Positions 10,461-19,703 of a stretch of DNA of 44,615 bases are shown here, piece by piece. Numbering within the stretch: position 1 is the stretch's first letter; each line of letters begins with the position of its first letter. The notes under the pieces were generated by a model that was not told where the DNA came from, did no database searches, and was given only the letters and a program-made list of their open reading frames with translations. The DNA comes from an uncultured Alphaproteobacteria bacterium (lineage in GTDB: Bacteria; Pseudomonadota; Alphaproteobacteria; HIMB59). The stretch is from positions 1 through 44,615 of the forward strand of contig CAYZPP010000001.1 of NCBI GenBank assembly GCA_964480315.1. Reading direction: 5' to 3'. The position numbers were made by a program, and so were the translations under genes.

Positions 10461-11438
10461 ATGAGTTTTTTTACTAAAATTAAATCAATATATAACATTA
10501 AATCACTGAATGAATGTATAGAAAACAATAACTATAAAGATTTTCCAAGATTATTTGATGCTCTCAAAGAAAAAGACCCCGTTACGTATAGTAAATTTTT
10601 AAAATTTAATACACACAATTTCATTGAAAATGAAGAATTAAATACATTGTTTAAAAAAAGTTTTATTTGGGTTAATTCATTTAATTTAAACGATGTTCTA
10701 TTATTGAACAATTTTATTATAAAATTTCTTGCTGCTTCTAAAATAGAAACAAATGTAAATAACTTTTATGAAAAGACATTATCATGCCTAACACACGAAG
10801 ATGTAAAGGACTACCCAGTATTTAATGATCTCTTTCTTAAATCACATTATTACTTTCATAAGTTAATTGAAAACAGCAGTAAAACAGATTTAAATATTTT
10901 AAATACGCGATCTGCTTTTTTTGAATATCAAAAAAAAATCTTTTTTACCCATCATAAACTTACAAGGTGTTTTTTTTATATTGTAAAACACCCGTATGAC
11001 ATCTTTTTAGATTTGAAAAAACAAGGTAAGTCTTCTCAGGAGTCACTAAGTATTTTATGTAATCTAGATCAAAGGCCTAATATAGTAAAAATCAATTTTA
11101 ATAACGAAGAAAGATCCTGTGAAGAAAATACCAGATCTTGGTCTACCAATGTGTCAAGTTGGACAAATGCAAATGTTGTGAGCACACTAAGAGGTCTTGT
11201 AATTAAATACGACGATCTAATTAATAAAAAAGAGGAAGTCTTACTTGACGTGGCCGCTCATCTAAAAGAATCTGGTATTGATGTTAATTTCACTTCCAAT
11301 GAAATAGTTGATTTAGCAAAATCATTTAATTTTTTAGTGGATACAAAAAACAATCATGCCACAATTTCTAATCAAGATAAAAAAATCATTGATCGAGATT
11401 GTGGAGAAATGCTAGATAAATATTTAAATGAACTTTAA
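10461..11438 (+). CDS. Sulfotransferase-fold protein with degenerate PAPS-binding motifs
   Basis: FIWVNSF, YIVKHPYD, SWSTNVSSW and IKYDDL follow the Sulfotransfer_1 motif order, but PKSGNTW is missing. Confidence 0.6.
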   Translation: MSFFTKIKSIYNIKSLNECIENNNYKDFPRLFDALKEKDPVTYSKFLKFNTHNFIENEELNTLFKKSFIWVNSFNLNDVLLLNNFIIKFLAASKIETNVNNFYEKTLSCLTHEDVKDYPVFNDLFLKSHYYFHKLIENSSKTDLNILNTRSAFFEYQKKIFFTHHKLTRCFFYIVKHPYDIFLDLKKQGKSSQESLSILCNLDQRPNIVKINFNNEERSCEENTRSWSTNVSSWTNANVVSTLRGLVIKYDDLINKKEEVLLDVAAHLKESGIDVNFTSNEIVDLAKSFNFLVDTKNNHATISNQDKKIIDRDCGEMLDKYLNEL

Positions 11439-12069
11439 TGAAAATCTTTATTCAACTTTAAAAAATACCGTTATGGTCGATTACTCTGATTGTAGAGTCA
11501 TGGTAGTATCAAAAAATAGACCGGTTGATTTAATAAGATCAGCAATTAATTCTGGACAAAGACTTTTTGGTGAAAACAAAGTCCAAGAAGCCTCTAGTAA
11601 ATTTTTAGAGTTGAGAAAAGAATATGATGATATAGATCTTCACTTGATTGGCCCTCTACAGACTAATAAAACAAAACTTGCCCTAGACACATTTGATACT
11701 ATCCAATCTATTGACAGAGAAAAACTTATAAATGAAATTATTAAAAAAAGAACCGATTTAGATAGAACAAAGGATTTTTTTATTCAGGTGAATATAGGTA
11801 AAGAGACACAAAAATCAGGAATTAATCCAGAAGATCTTGAAAATTTTTATAGATATTGCATAAGTAATAAAATTAATATCAAAGGATTAATGTGCATTCC
11901 TCCAAACAATCTATCGCCAGAGACATTTTTTAGATCAATGATAAATTTAAAAAATAAAATTAATAAAGAATTGCTATTAAGCATGGGTATGAGTGGAGAT
12001 TATATGGACGCACTTAAAATAGGATCTAATTTAATAAGAATAGGGTCAGCTTTCTTCCCCAATGAATAG
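11428..12069 (+). CDS. yggS: PLP homeostasis protein YggS
   Basis: VVSK, FGENKVQEA, HLIGPLQTNK, IQVNIGKETQKSG, GLMCIPP, LSMGMSGDY, IRIGSAFF. Confidence 0.96.
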   Translation: MNFNENLYSTLKNTVMVDYSDCRVMVVSKNRPVDLIRSAINSGQRLFGENKVQEASSKFLELRKEYDDIDLHLIGPLQTNKTKLALDTFDTIQSIDREKLINEIIKKRTDLDRTKDFFIQVNIGKETQKSGINPEDLENFYRYCISNKINIKGLMCIPPNNLSPETFFRSMINLKNKINKELLLSMGMSGDYMDALKIGSNLIRIGSAFFPNE

Positions 12070-12556
12070 AAAATATCTTTTTTTTATAATATTTTCAGTA
12101 TTTTTATTAAAATCTAGCACAGCTCACTCCCTTGAGTTTAAATGTAGTTTTGAAGAAGTTCATTCTAATGGCACAATTAATCAGGGTGTAGTTTTGTTTA
12201 AAAATAAAAAACTAAGATATGAATATGACTCTCCAAATCTTTTCATTATCTTTATAAATGATAACAAACAATTTTTTTTTGATAAAAAAAATAAACTACT
12301 CAAACCAATTAAACAAAATTTAGAATTAATTAATAGTATTATGGGTTTAGCAAAACTATATCCGAATATACCCCTTCAAATTAATAAAAAAGGAATAGAT
12401 ATCAAAGTAGAGCTCAGTGAAATAAATAGTTTTATTAAGCGAATTTCTATAGACAGCAAAAGAGCAAAGTTGAGTTTATATTTAAAAAATTGTGATTTAG
12501 AAAAACCAATTAACAATATATTTTTTAATGAGGATCCTATTTTTTATTTAAACTAA
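12062..12556 (+). CDS. lolA: Outer-membrane lipoprotein carrier LolA-like protein
   Basis: Signal peptide (AHS/L); F.E...G...QG......KLRYEY..P pattern; close to ftsK. Confidence 0.65.
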   Translation: MNRKYLFFIIFSVFLLKSSTAHSLEFKCSFEEVHSNGTINQGVVLFKNKKLRYEYDSPNLFIIFINDNKQFFFDKKNKLLKPIKQNLELINSIMGLAKLYPNIPLQINKKGIDIKVELSEINSFIKRISIDSKRAKLSLYLKNCDLEKPINNIFFNEDPIFYLN

Positions 12557-13089
12557 TGTTTATTTCGATAGAATGTGATGAAAAAGATTTAAATAGTTTT
12601 ATAATTAATACACTTAAACAATTAACAGATACAATTATAATTGAAAAAAAAAATAATAGAGTATTAAGTCTGGTTTTAAAATCATCGTCAGTAGAAATTA
12701 AAATTAATGAAACCTTACAGGGTGAGAAAATTATTAAGAAACCCTTTCATTATAGTGAATTAATTAATTCTATATGTAGATATCAAGATAAACATTTTGA
12801 AATTGTAGGTTCTGTTAAGTTTTTTGACGCCAAGGCTTTAATTCAAAGTAATGGCGATACTTGTCATTTAAGTGATACACAAAATAAGATCATGAGTAAT
12901 CTTGTTTGTTTTCAAGATGGCATTGATAAGAAGTTGCTATACAAAAAGATCTGGCCTAAAGATAAAAATATTTCAGATAACAAGTTAGATACACATCTTA
13001 CAAATTTAAGAAACTTAATCTTTGATTTTTGTAATTATTCTTTAAATTTTAAAAGTACAAAAGGTAATATAAAACTAGATATTAGCTAG
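12556..13089 (+). CDS. OmpR-type winged-helix regulator with degenerate receiver domain (CenR/OtpR-like)
   Basis: KPF..SEL receiver remnant; LSDTQNKIM..L, LYKKIW and KLDTHLTNLR winged-helix pattern; located near yggS/lolA/ftsK. Confidence 0.65.
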   Translation: MFISIECDEKDLNSFIINTLKQLTDTIIIEKKNNRVLSLVLKSSSVEIKINETLQGEKIIKKPFHYSELINSICRYQDKHFEIVGSVKFFDAKALIQSNGDTCHLSDTQNKIMSNLVCFQDGIDKKLLYKKIWPKDKNISDNKLDTHLTNLRNLIFDFCNYSLNFKSTKGNIKLDIS

Positions 13090-15145
13090 ATATTAAAATC
13101 TCTCTTTTACCAGCATGATTTGGTTTACTTACTACTCCCCTATTTTCTAATACTTCCATAATCCTTGCAGCTTTATTATAACCAATTTGAAAATTTCTTT
13201 GAAGATAGCTTGTAGAGGCTCTTCCACTATTTTTTATTAAATCAATAGATTTGGTTATTAGCTCTTCATCTGCTGAACTTAGTTGATTGCCGGCACCCTC
13301 ATCATTTTCATTATTAATCACACGCTCTATTTCTTCTACATATTGTGCTGCATAATTTGATTTAATTTCTTTAATCATTTTTAGAACCTCTTTGTCTGAC
13401 ATAAAAGCGGACTGATATCTAATAACATTACTTCCGTTTTTCATCATTAACATATCTCCATTACCTAGTAGCTGTTCAGCCCCAACCTCTCCTAAAATTG
13501 TTCTACTGTCATATTTACTAGCAACCTGAAAACTTATTCTTGAAGGAAAGTTTGCTTTTATGCTACCAGTAATAATATCAACACTAGGTCTTTGTGTGGC
13601 CATAACCAAATGTATCCCGCAAGCTCTTGCCATTTGAGCCAATCTTTGAACGTAGTGCTCGACTTCTTTTCCTGCTGTCATCATTAGGTCTGCCATTTCA
13701 TCAATTACAACAACAATAAAAGGCATTTTATCATCTGCCTCTAAATTAAAATTTTCTAAATTCCTACATCCCGCTTCATTCATTACTGTGTACCTTCTTT
13801 CCATTTCACCGCATACCCACTTAAGAGCCATTATTGATTTTCTGGGCTCTGTCACAACGGGAGTCAATAAGTGTGGTATATCATTGTAAACACTGAGTTC
13901 TAGCATTTTTGGATCAATGAGGATTAATCTTAATTTTGTAGGAGGGAACTTAAATAGCATACTGGCAAGCAAACTATTAATAAATACAGACTTACCTGAT
14001 CCAGTAGTTCCCGCAACTAGAAGGTGAGGAGTTTTAGATAAATCAACAACTTCAGTTTCGCCAGTAATATTTTTACCAATGCATATAGGTATTTTGTGCT
14101 CACTCTTAATAAATTCTTCTGAGGACACAAGATCTCTTATTGTAACCATTTCTCTATGTTTATTTGGGATTTCAATTCCTATAAATTTTGTTCCGTATAC
14201 TTGTGCAATTCTGACAGATGTTGCGCCCATACTTCGAGAAATATCACCTGCTAAACTAATTATGGAATTAATTTTAATCCCAGCAGCTGGGAGAACTTCG
14301 TATAATGTTATAACTGGCCCAACTTTAATATGAACAACTTCAATTGTAATATTAAAATCGGTAAAAATACCTTCAATAAACTTAGCATTAGTATCGTTAT
14401 CTGCTTTATTAATCTTCTCATTACTTTTTAAACTTTGTGTATTTAAAACCTCCAAAGAGGGCGTAATATATTTTTTATCTAATGAATTGGGATTTAATTT
14501 ATCCTTATCTTTTGTTAAAGAAACAGAATGAATTTTTCTTGATATAGAAGGCTCAGATTTTTTTATAGTTGTTTTACTTTTAATCGAAGTTTCTTTTTTA
14601 AAAATAGTTAAAAAAGAAAAATTTTTTATAAATTTTAATAAGTCCAAACATACTACTAATATGATTAAGCTTAAAAATAAAAAGATAATGCTAAGATACT
14701 TATTTAAAATGATGCCACTTATACCAATTCCTATAATTCCCCAAGAAAGACCTTCTTCAAATACAAATATATTATAATTATTTGTTATTAGAAATTGCTC
14801 TAATAGGATTAAAGCAACTAAAAATCCAAAAAATCTTAAAAATACAAAATTTAAGCCATGCTTTCTAAATTGATGGATTGATGAAACTAAAAAAAAAATA
14901 GGTATTAAAATTCCATGAGATCCGAAACAATAAATAATAAAACTCGATAAATATGCGCCAAAAAAACCTAAATAATTATTTGGCTCTTCAGAAGAAATGG
15001 CTATAAAAGAACTATCCAGAGAGTCAAAAGATATTAAAGATATTAATATAATTGAAAATAATAAGAAGTATAAGATGGATAAAAACCAATTAAGCATTTG
15101 AGTCAGACTTGATGACAAGGATGAGGGAAAAAGTTTAGAATTCAT
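13082..15145 (-). CDS. ftsK: DNA translocase FtsK
   Basis: N-terminal transmembrane segments, GPVITLYE, PHLLVAGTTGSGKSV, IDPKMLELS, IDEMADLM, ATQRPSVD, gamma domain STSYLQR..IGYNKAAR. Confidence 0.98.
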   Translation of the reverse strand: MNSKLFPSSLSSSLTQMLNWFLSILYFLLFSIILISLISFDSLDSSFIAISSEEPNNYLGFFGAYLSSFIIYCFGSHGILIPIFFLVSSIHQFRKHGLNFVFLRFFGFLVALILLEQFLITNNYNIFVFEEGLSWGIIGIGISGIILNKYLSIIFLFLSLIILVVCLDLLKFIKNFSFLTIFKKETSIKSKTTIKKSEPSISRKIHSVSLTKDKDKLNPNSLDKKYITPSLEVLNTQSLKSNEKINKADNDTNAKFIEGIFTDFNITIEVVHIKVGPVITLYEVLPAAGIKINSIISLAGDISRSMGATSVRIAQVYGTKFIGIEIPNKHREMVTIRDLVSSEEFIKSEHKIPICIGKNITGETEVVDLSKTPHLLVAGTTGSGKSVFINSLLASMLFKFPPTKLRLILIDPKMLELSVYNDIPHLLTPVVTEPRKSIMALKWVCGEMERRYTVMNEAGCRNLENFNLEADDKMPFIVVVIDEMADLMMTAGKEVEHYVQRLAQMARACGIHLVMATQRPSVDIITGSIKANFPSRISFQVASKYDSRTILGEVGAEQLLGNGDMLMMKNGSNVIRYQSAFMSDKEVLKMIKEIKSNYAAQYVEEIERVINNENDEGAGNQLSSADEELITKSIDLIKNSGRASTSYLQRNFQIGYNKAARIMEVLENRGVVSKPNHAGKREILISS

Positions 15146-15171
15146 GTTATGATTTTAATATATGCAGAAGA

Positions 15172-16302
15172 ATGAAAAATAAAATACTTAAATATGATTT
15201 TTTAATCATTGGATCGGGTCTAATTGGATCTTTACTGGGAATTGCTCTTTTAAAACAAAAATTTAGAGTTTTAGTTGTAGATAAACAAATAATATCAAAA
15301 AACACTAATGCTGACCAAAGAACTTTGGCTGTAAATGCTAATTCTAGAGATTTTCTTCAATCAATCAATTTATGGAAATTATTAGACAATCAACACGCAA
15401 GTATAGAAAAAATAACAATAGAAACTTTTCAAACTAATGAAAAACTAATTTTTGAAGATAAAACAAATAGTTTGGGGAGTGTGATTTATAATAAAACACT
15501 CTTGTCTTTAGCTCGAAGAGATCTAATTAAAAAAAAAGCATTAATTGATGGTGTTTCTATAAATATAGATGATTTAAAAGCAAAAGAATTCATCAACATT
15601 AAAAATCAAAAATATTTATTCAAAAAAATTATATTAGTAGGAGGAAAGCAGTTAAAAACACAAATTGATATTAAAAATTATCATATTGGGTCTACTAATC
15701 ATAAAGCGTACGTAGGTTTTTTCTCGCATAAAATAAATCATAAGAATATTGCTTATGAAAATTTTACAGAAATAGGTCCGTTAGCAATTCTTCCAGTACC
15801 AGATAAAACTAATAAAAAATCAACTTTTATATACTCATCAGCAAATGTAATGTCACATAAAAAAATTCAAGAATTAATTAGAAAGCATTTTAGTAAGACG
15901 CATGGACATATCAATTTATCGAAGAAATTTTTTTCATACTCTATATCGCCTTATTTGTTTAATCCGAAAAAAAAATACCATTCATTTTTATTTATTGGCG
16001 ATAGCTTTAGGTCTATTCATCCAGTGGCCGGTCAAGGTTGGAATCTTGGCATTAAAGACATACAAAGCCTTATTAATCTTCTAAAGACAGATTCACTTGA
16101 TTCTAAAAATTTTAATGAAATTTATTATTCAAGGAGAAAAATAGAGAGCTTTATTTATTTTTATTTTACGCAATTGATTAATAAAACTTTTGAAAAAAAT
16201 AATTTAATTAACAAATTTATAGGTATTAGTAGTTTAAAATTACTTAAAAAATTTGGTTTTTTGAGAGATTTTTTTGTTAATCGCGCAACGGGTAAGAATT
16301 AA
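15172..16302 (+). CDS. UbiH/UbiL-family FAD-dependent hydroxylase
   Basis: IIGSGLIG, DQRTLAV, AYENF..GPLAILP, IGDSFRSIHPVAGQGWNLGIKD. Confidence 0.88.
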   Translation: MKNKILKYDFLIIGSGLIGSLLGIALLKQKFRVLVVDKQIISKNTNADQRTLAVNANSRDFLQSINLWKLLDNQHASIEKITIETFQTNEKLIFEDKTNSLGSVIYNKTLLSLARRDLIKKKALIDGVSINIDDLKAKEFINIKNQKYLFKKIILVGGKQLKTQIDIKNYHIGSTNHKAYVGFFSHKINHKNIAYENFTEIGPLAILPVPDKTNKKSTFIYSSANVMSHKKIQELIRKHFSKTHGHINLSKKFFSYSISPYLFNPKKKYHSFLFIGDSFRSIHPVAGQGWNLGIKDIQSLINLLKTDSLDSKNFNEIYYSRRKIESFIYFYFTQLINKTFEKNNLINKFIGISSLKLLKKFGFLRDFFVNRATGKN

Positions 16303-16953
16303 TTAGTGCTTTAAAGAGCTTCCCACAACAGTAAATGTATTAAGTTCTAAAATAGAATTAATTATTTTCAATCTTTCAACAACATCCGAAGCCTCTAGTA
16401 TGGCCTGTTTATCAATTTTACTAAATGGAGCTAACATCGTTAGAGTTGTTAAAAGTTGTAAATTAGAAGTCTCTTCTAAGATGTTTATATCAATTTCATA
16501 TTTTTTTATCTTAAAAAAATTAGTATATTTTTTTACTAAATCTTTTCTATTGACTAAAGGTTCAATTAAATTCATATCATGAGCAAACTGAGATGTATTA
16601 ATATTGGCATTATGATAACCATCCTTTGAAATCTGACTATCGTTAATTTTAAATCGACAAATTCCATCAAGATTTAAAACAACCCTGTTATCGGGTGTTT
16701 CTATAAAGGAAGTTATCTTACCTATACAGCCAATACTAAAAAAACCACTATTATTGTCTTTTGGCTGTACGATTCCTATCAATCTTTGTTTTTTAAAGGA
16801 GTCTAAAATCATTTTAATATAACGGGGTTCAAAAATGTTTAAAGGTAACTTACCAAAAGGCAGCAACAGAACGCCATCTAAAGGAAATAACGGTAATTGA
16901 TCCGGGAGCTCTCCTATAGATATTTCGAATAATTTTTTAGTATCTTCTTTCAT
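16303..16953 (-). CDS. LON peptidase substrate-binding domain protein
   Basis: LPLFPL..LLLP..LPLNIFEPRY, IGCIGKI, L.GICRF, KQAILEA; follows the thioredoxin-TPR gene. Confidence 0.92.
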   Translation of the reverse strand: MKEDTKKLFEISIGELPDQLPLFPLDGVLLLPFGKLPLNIFEPRYIKMILDSFKKQRLIGIVQPKDNNSGFFSIGCIGKITSFIETPDNRVVLNLDGICRFKINDSQISKDGYHNANINTSQFAHDMNLIEPLVNRKDLVKKYTNFFKIKKYEIDINILEETSNLQLLTTLTMLAPFSKIDKQAILEASDVVERLKIINSILELNTFTVVGSSLKH

Positions 16954-16956
16954 TTA

Positions 16957-17829
16957 TTACTTAAACATCATACTTGATAGCTTTTTTCTAGCTGTGACTA
17001 CATTAGAGTCATTGAAGCCTAAAACATCAAAAAATTCTAATAATTTTTTCTTTGCTGCTCCCTCTTGCCACTTTGTGTCTTGCTCGTAGATAATTAATAA
17101 ATGCTCAAATCCTTTTTCAATTTTTTGATTAGCTAAGAGCATATTTGAAAGCTCAAATCTTTTTTCTTTATTCTTAGGATTTTCTTCGACAAATTTACCA
17201 AGGGCTTCTAAAATTTCAACGTCAACAGCTATATTTTTTGAAGAGTCTAATATTTTTTTCAATTTTGTTATTTCCTCATTAGCAGTTATTTCGTCTGTTA
17301 AAGATTCATAAAGTTCTAGCGCATCATTAATATTGCCTAACTGGTAATGGCATCTTAGAAGGCCGATTATAATTTTTATATTTGTAGTATCTATTCCCAT
17401 TAGTTGTTCATAAATTATTTGAGCTGCCTCAAACTTTTCTTCTTTAAAATTATCATCAGCTTCTTTAAGTAATTTAGGAATTTCATTACCTGGCGCACTA
17501 TCAATCATCTGTGTAATTAATTTTTTAATTTCTTCTTCAGGCTGAGCTCCCTGAAAGGCATTAATAGGCTTACCATCAACAAAAGCATAAATAGTAGGAA
17601 TTGATTGAATGTTTAATTTAGTTGATAGTTCATTATTTTCTTCAACGTTAATTTTAACTAAAATTACTTTACCATTTTGTTCATTAACTATCTTTTCTAA
17701 TAAAGGGGTAAGTTGCTTACAGGGGCCACACCAAGGAGCCCAAAAATCTACTAAAACAGGAGTAATCTTTGATTTTTCTACAACTTCTTCTAAAAATTGA
17801 TCTTGGTTAATATCTTTAATAAAACTCAT
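16957..17829 (-). CDS. cnoX: Thioredoxin-TPR co-chaperone CnoX/YbbN
   Basis: VLVDFWAPWCGPCKQL, QSIPT, FQGAQPE, TPR helices, C-terminal RKKLSSMMF. Start placed at ATG 17829 (MSFIKD) rather than 17871. Confidence 0.9.
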   Translation of the reverse strand: MSFIKDINQDQFLEEVVEKSKITPVLVDFWAPWCGPCKQLTPLLEKIVNEQNGKVILVKINVEENNELSTKLNIQSIPTIYAFVDGKPINAFQGAQPEEEIKKLITQMIDSAPGNEIPKLLKEADDNFKEEKFEAAQIIYEQLMGIDTTNIKIIIGLLRCHYQLGNINDALELYESLTDEITANEEITKLKKILDSSKNIAVDVEILEALGKFVEENPKNKEKRFELSNMLLANQKIEKGFEHLLIIYEQDTKWQEGAAKKKLLEFFDVLGFNDSNVVTARKKLSSMMFK

Positions 17830-17993
17830 TACTAATAATATGGGTAGTATGAATAATATAACAAGACCCAAGCAAGTGTAAATTCAGTTAGCGTTATAAT
17901 TTAACTATCTACAATATTTATCTTTAATATAAATATACGCAGTTAAAGAACCTTATCGAAGGATTTTAAAAAACTATTTGATTACCATACTTT

Positions 17994-18068
17994 TGGAGCG
18001 GGCGAAGGGATTCGAACCCTCGACATCTTCGTTGGCAACGAAGTGCTCTACCACTGAGCTACGCCCGC
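17994..18068 (-). tRNA. tRNA-Gly (anticodon GCC)
   Basis: Minus strand reads GCGGGCGTAGCTCAGTGGTAGAGCA-CTTCG-TTGCCAA-CGAAG-ATGTC-GAGGGTTCGAATCCCTT-CGCCCGC-TCCA: a full 75-nt cloverleaf with encoded CCA. Confidence 0.98.
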
Positions 18069-18084
18069 TTTTAATTAGAATTGA

Positions 18085-18113
18085 TTTATAACTCCACTTA
18101 ATCAAGCTATCAA
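18085..18113 (-). promoter_or_regulatory. Sigma70-type promoter of tRNA-Gly
   Basis: TTGATA-17 nt-TATAAA on the minus strand, ending 16 nt before the tRNA 5' end. Confidence 0.65.
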
Positions 18114-18153
18114 GTTAAAACTTAAAAGTTATATTAGATGAGTATTTTAAAGC

Positions 18154-18312
18154 TCAATTAATTATGTCCTTATGAGTAGAGCTAATCTCAAGTTTAGCAG
18201 TTCTAGTAATTGGTTTTAAACTATTATACTTATCCATTAATTTAAATACCTTTACAGAATTACCATCAGGAGAATTATCATCAATTATTAATATTTCTAT
18301 ATATTTGATCAT
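18154..18312 (-). pseudogene. Remnant of a GT2 polyprenol-phosphate glycosyltransferase (DPM1-like)
   Basis: Manual translation gives MIKYIEILIIDDNSPDGNSVKVFKLMDKYNSLKPITRTAKLEISSTHKDIIN* (52 aa). It has the EILIIDDNSPDG signature but lacks the first beta strand and the DxD region. Confidence 0.75.
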
Positions 18313-18328
18313 TAAATCAAAATAGAAA

Positions 18329-19702
18329 CTATGAGTTTTTTTTATTAAATATTTTTAATAAGAATATAAAACATAAAAAGGTTAGAGATATCCCAAATAA
18401 TGGTATTGTATACCAATGATAACTACCAAAGGAACCAATAATTTTAGTTGTTTCATAATTAGTTAAATTATCAAAGAACACGTAAGGAATAAAAAATTCT
18501 AAAAATGAAATAGGTATTAAATTACCGATCAAACTTAATCCAACTATATATAAAAAAACAATTGATAAATCTAATAATCTAATTTTTGATAAATCATCAA
18601 ATAAAATAGAGATAAAAAATAGTGGAAAAAAAATATTTAAGACTATAAGCACAAAACAACCTAATGAAAAATCTACTCCAAAAATAAAAAAGGTATAACC
18701 AATAATATTTTGAAAAACTAAAAGATAAAATAATCTCATCTTTTCATTATGGTAAAAAACTTTAAGAAAAAATGAAGATAATAATAAGATAATGAATAAA
18801 AATAAAAAAAATATTTTTGAGATAAATAAAGTTAATCTTGGTATGTCATATATCGGAGCAGTGCCAACTAAACTGCCGCTAATATTAATTCCAGCCTTAT
18901 TTAATTGAAAACCATAAATAATTTTATTTATCAAAGATAAAGGATTAAAAACTTCTAAACTCCATATTGGTATTGGATTTGACGTGGTTTGATCTAATAC
19001 ATTAATTAAAATAGAAATGGGATAAAGTGAACCTAAAAAGAAACCTTGTACAGGATATGATATAATTGAGAAAAATAAGCCAATACATAATAAATAATAA
19101 ATATATTTTCTATCATCTTTAGAAATCAAGGAGTAAACAAAATAAGGAAACAAAAAAATTAGAGGTGTAAATTTAAAAAAAATTCCAAATATAATAAAAA
19201 GAGATGCAATAAAAAATTTTTTTTTATAGTAATAATAAAAATTACCTATAAGTGTCAATCCTAAAATAATTTCCCCACCACCATTTTTTATTTCATAAAT
19301 AGCACCTGATGATTGGAAGAATGCAAAGACAAGTAACAATGACCAAAATAATGAATCTTTTTTATTAAATAATTTTCTAAAATCATTCATTATTTTATTG
19401 GTATAATAAATTATAAAAAAAAAGGATAGAAAGAGTATCAATCTCCAAATTAATGCAGTACTTACAATGTTAGGAAAATACTTTTCAATGCTATCATATA
19501 ATAATTTACTTGAAGGACCCCATGTACGTTTTCTCTCGAGTGTGTCAGGATCAGATAAACTATCAATTTTTTTTTCTAAATAAGTTTCAGTAGTTAAAAT
19601 GCCTTCATGCTTAAAACTAGTAGAATAAAAAAAACGTAATGCTCCCATTAGAAACAAAAAACACAATAAAGTTACAAATATTTTTTCTTTTGTATTATTC
19701 AT
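18329..19702 (-). CDS. Polytopic membrane protein, GT-C fold glycosyltransferase (GT87-like)
   Basis: About 10-11 hydrophobic segments; NGGGEII...ASLFIIFGIFFKFTP resembles the GT87 G..D/E...K..P pattern. Confidence 0.6.
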   Translation of the reverse strand: MNNTKEKIFVTLLCFLFLMGALRFFYSTSFKHEGILTTETYLEKKIDSLSDPDTLERKRTWGPSSKLLYDSIEKYFPNIVSTALIWRLILFLSFFFIIYYTNKIMNDFRKLFNKKDSLFWSLLLVFAFFQSSGAIYEIKNGGGEIILGLTLIGNFYYYYKKKFFIASLFIIFGIFFKFTPLIFLFPYFVYSLISKDDRKYIYYLLCIGLFFSIISYPVQGFFLGSLYPISILINVLDQTTSNPIPIWSLEVFNPLSLINKIIYGFQLNKAGINISGSLVGTAPIYDIPRLTLFISKIFFLFLFIILLLSSFFLKVFYHNEKMRLFYLLVFQNIIGYTFFIFGVDFSLGCFVLIVLNIFFPLFFISILFDDLSKIRLLDLSIVFLYIVGLSLIGNLIPISFLEFFIPYVFFDNLTNYETTKIIGSFGSYHWYTIPLFGISLTFLCFIFLLKIFNKKNS

Positions 19703-19703
19703 T

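Noticed and set aside
17830-17871. Hydrophobic N-terminal signal or anchor on CnoX
   Set aside because: It arises from extending the ORF to an upstream alternative start; the family is cytoplasmic and ATG 17829 gives the normal N-terminus.
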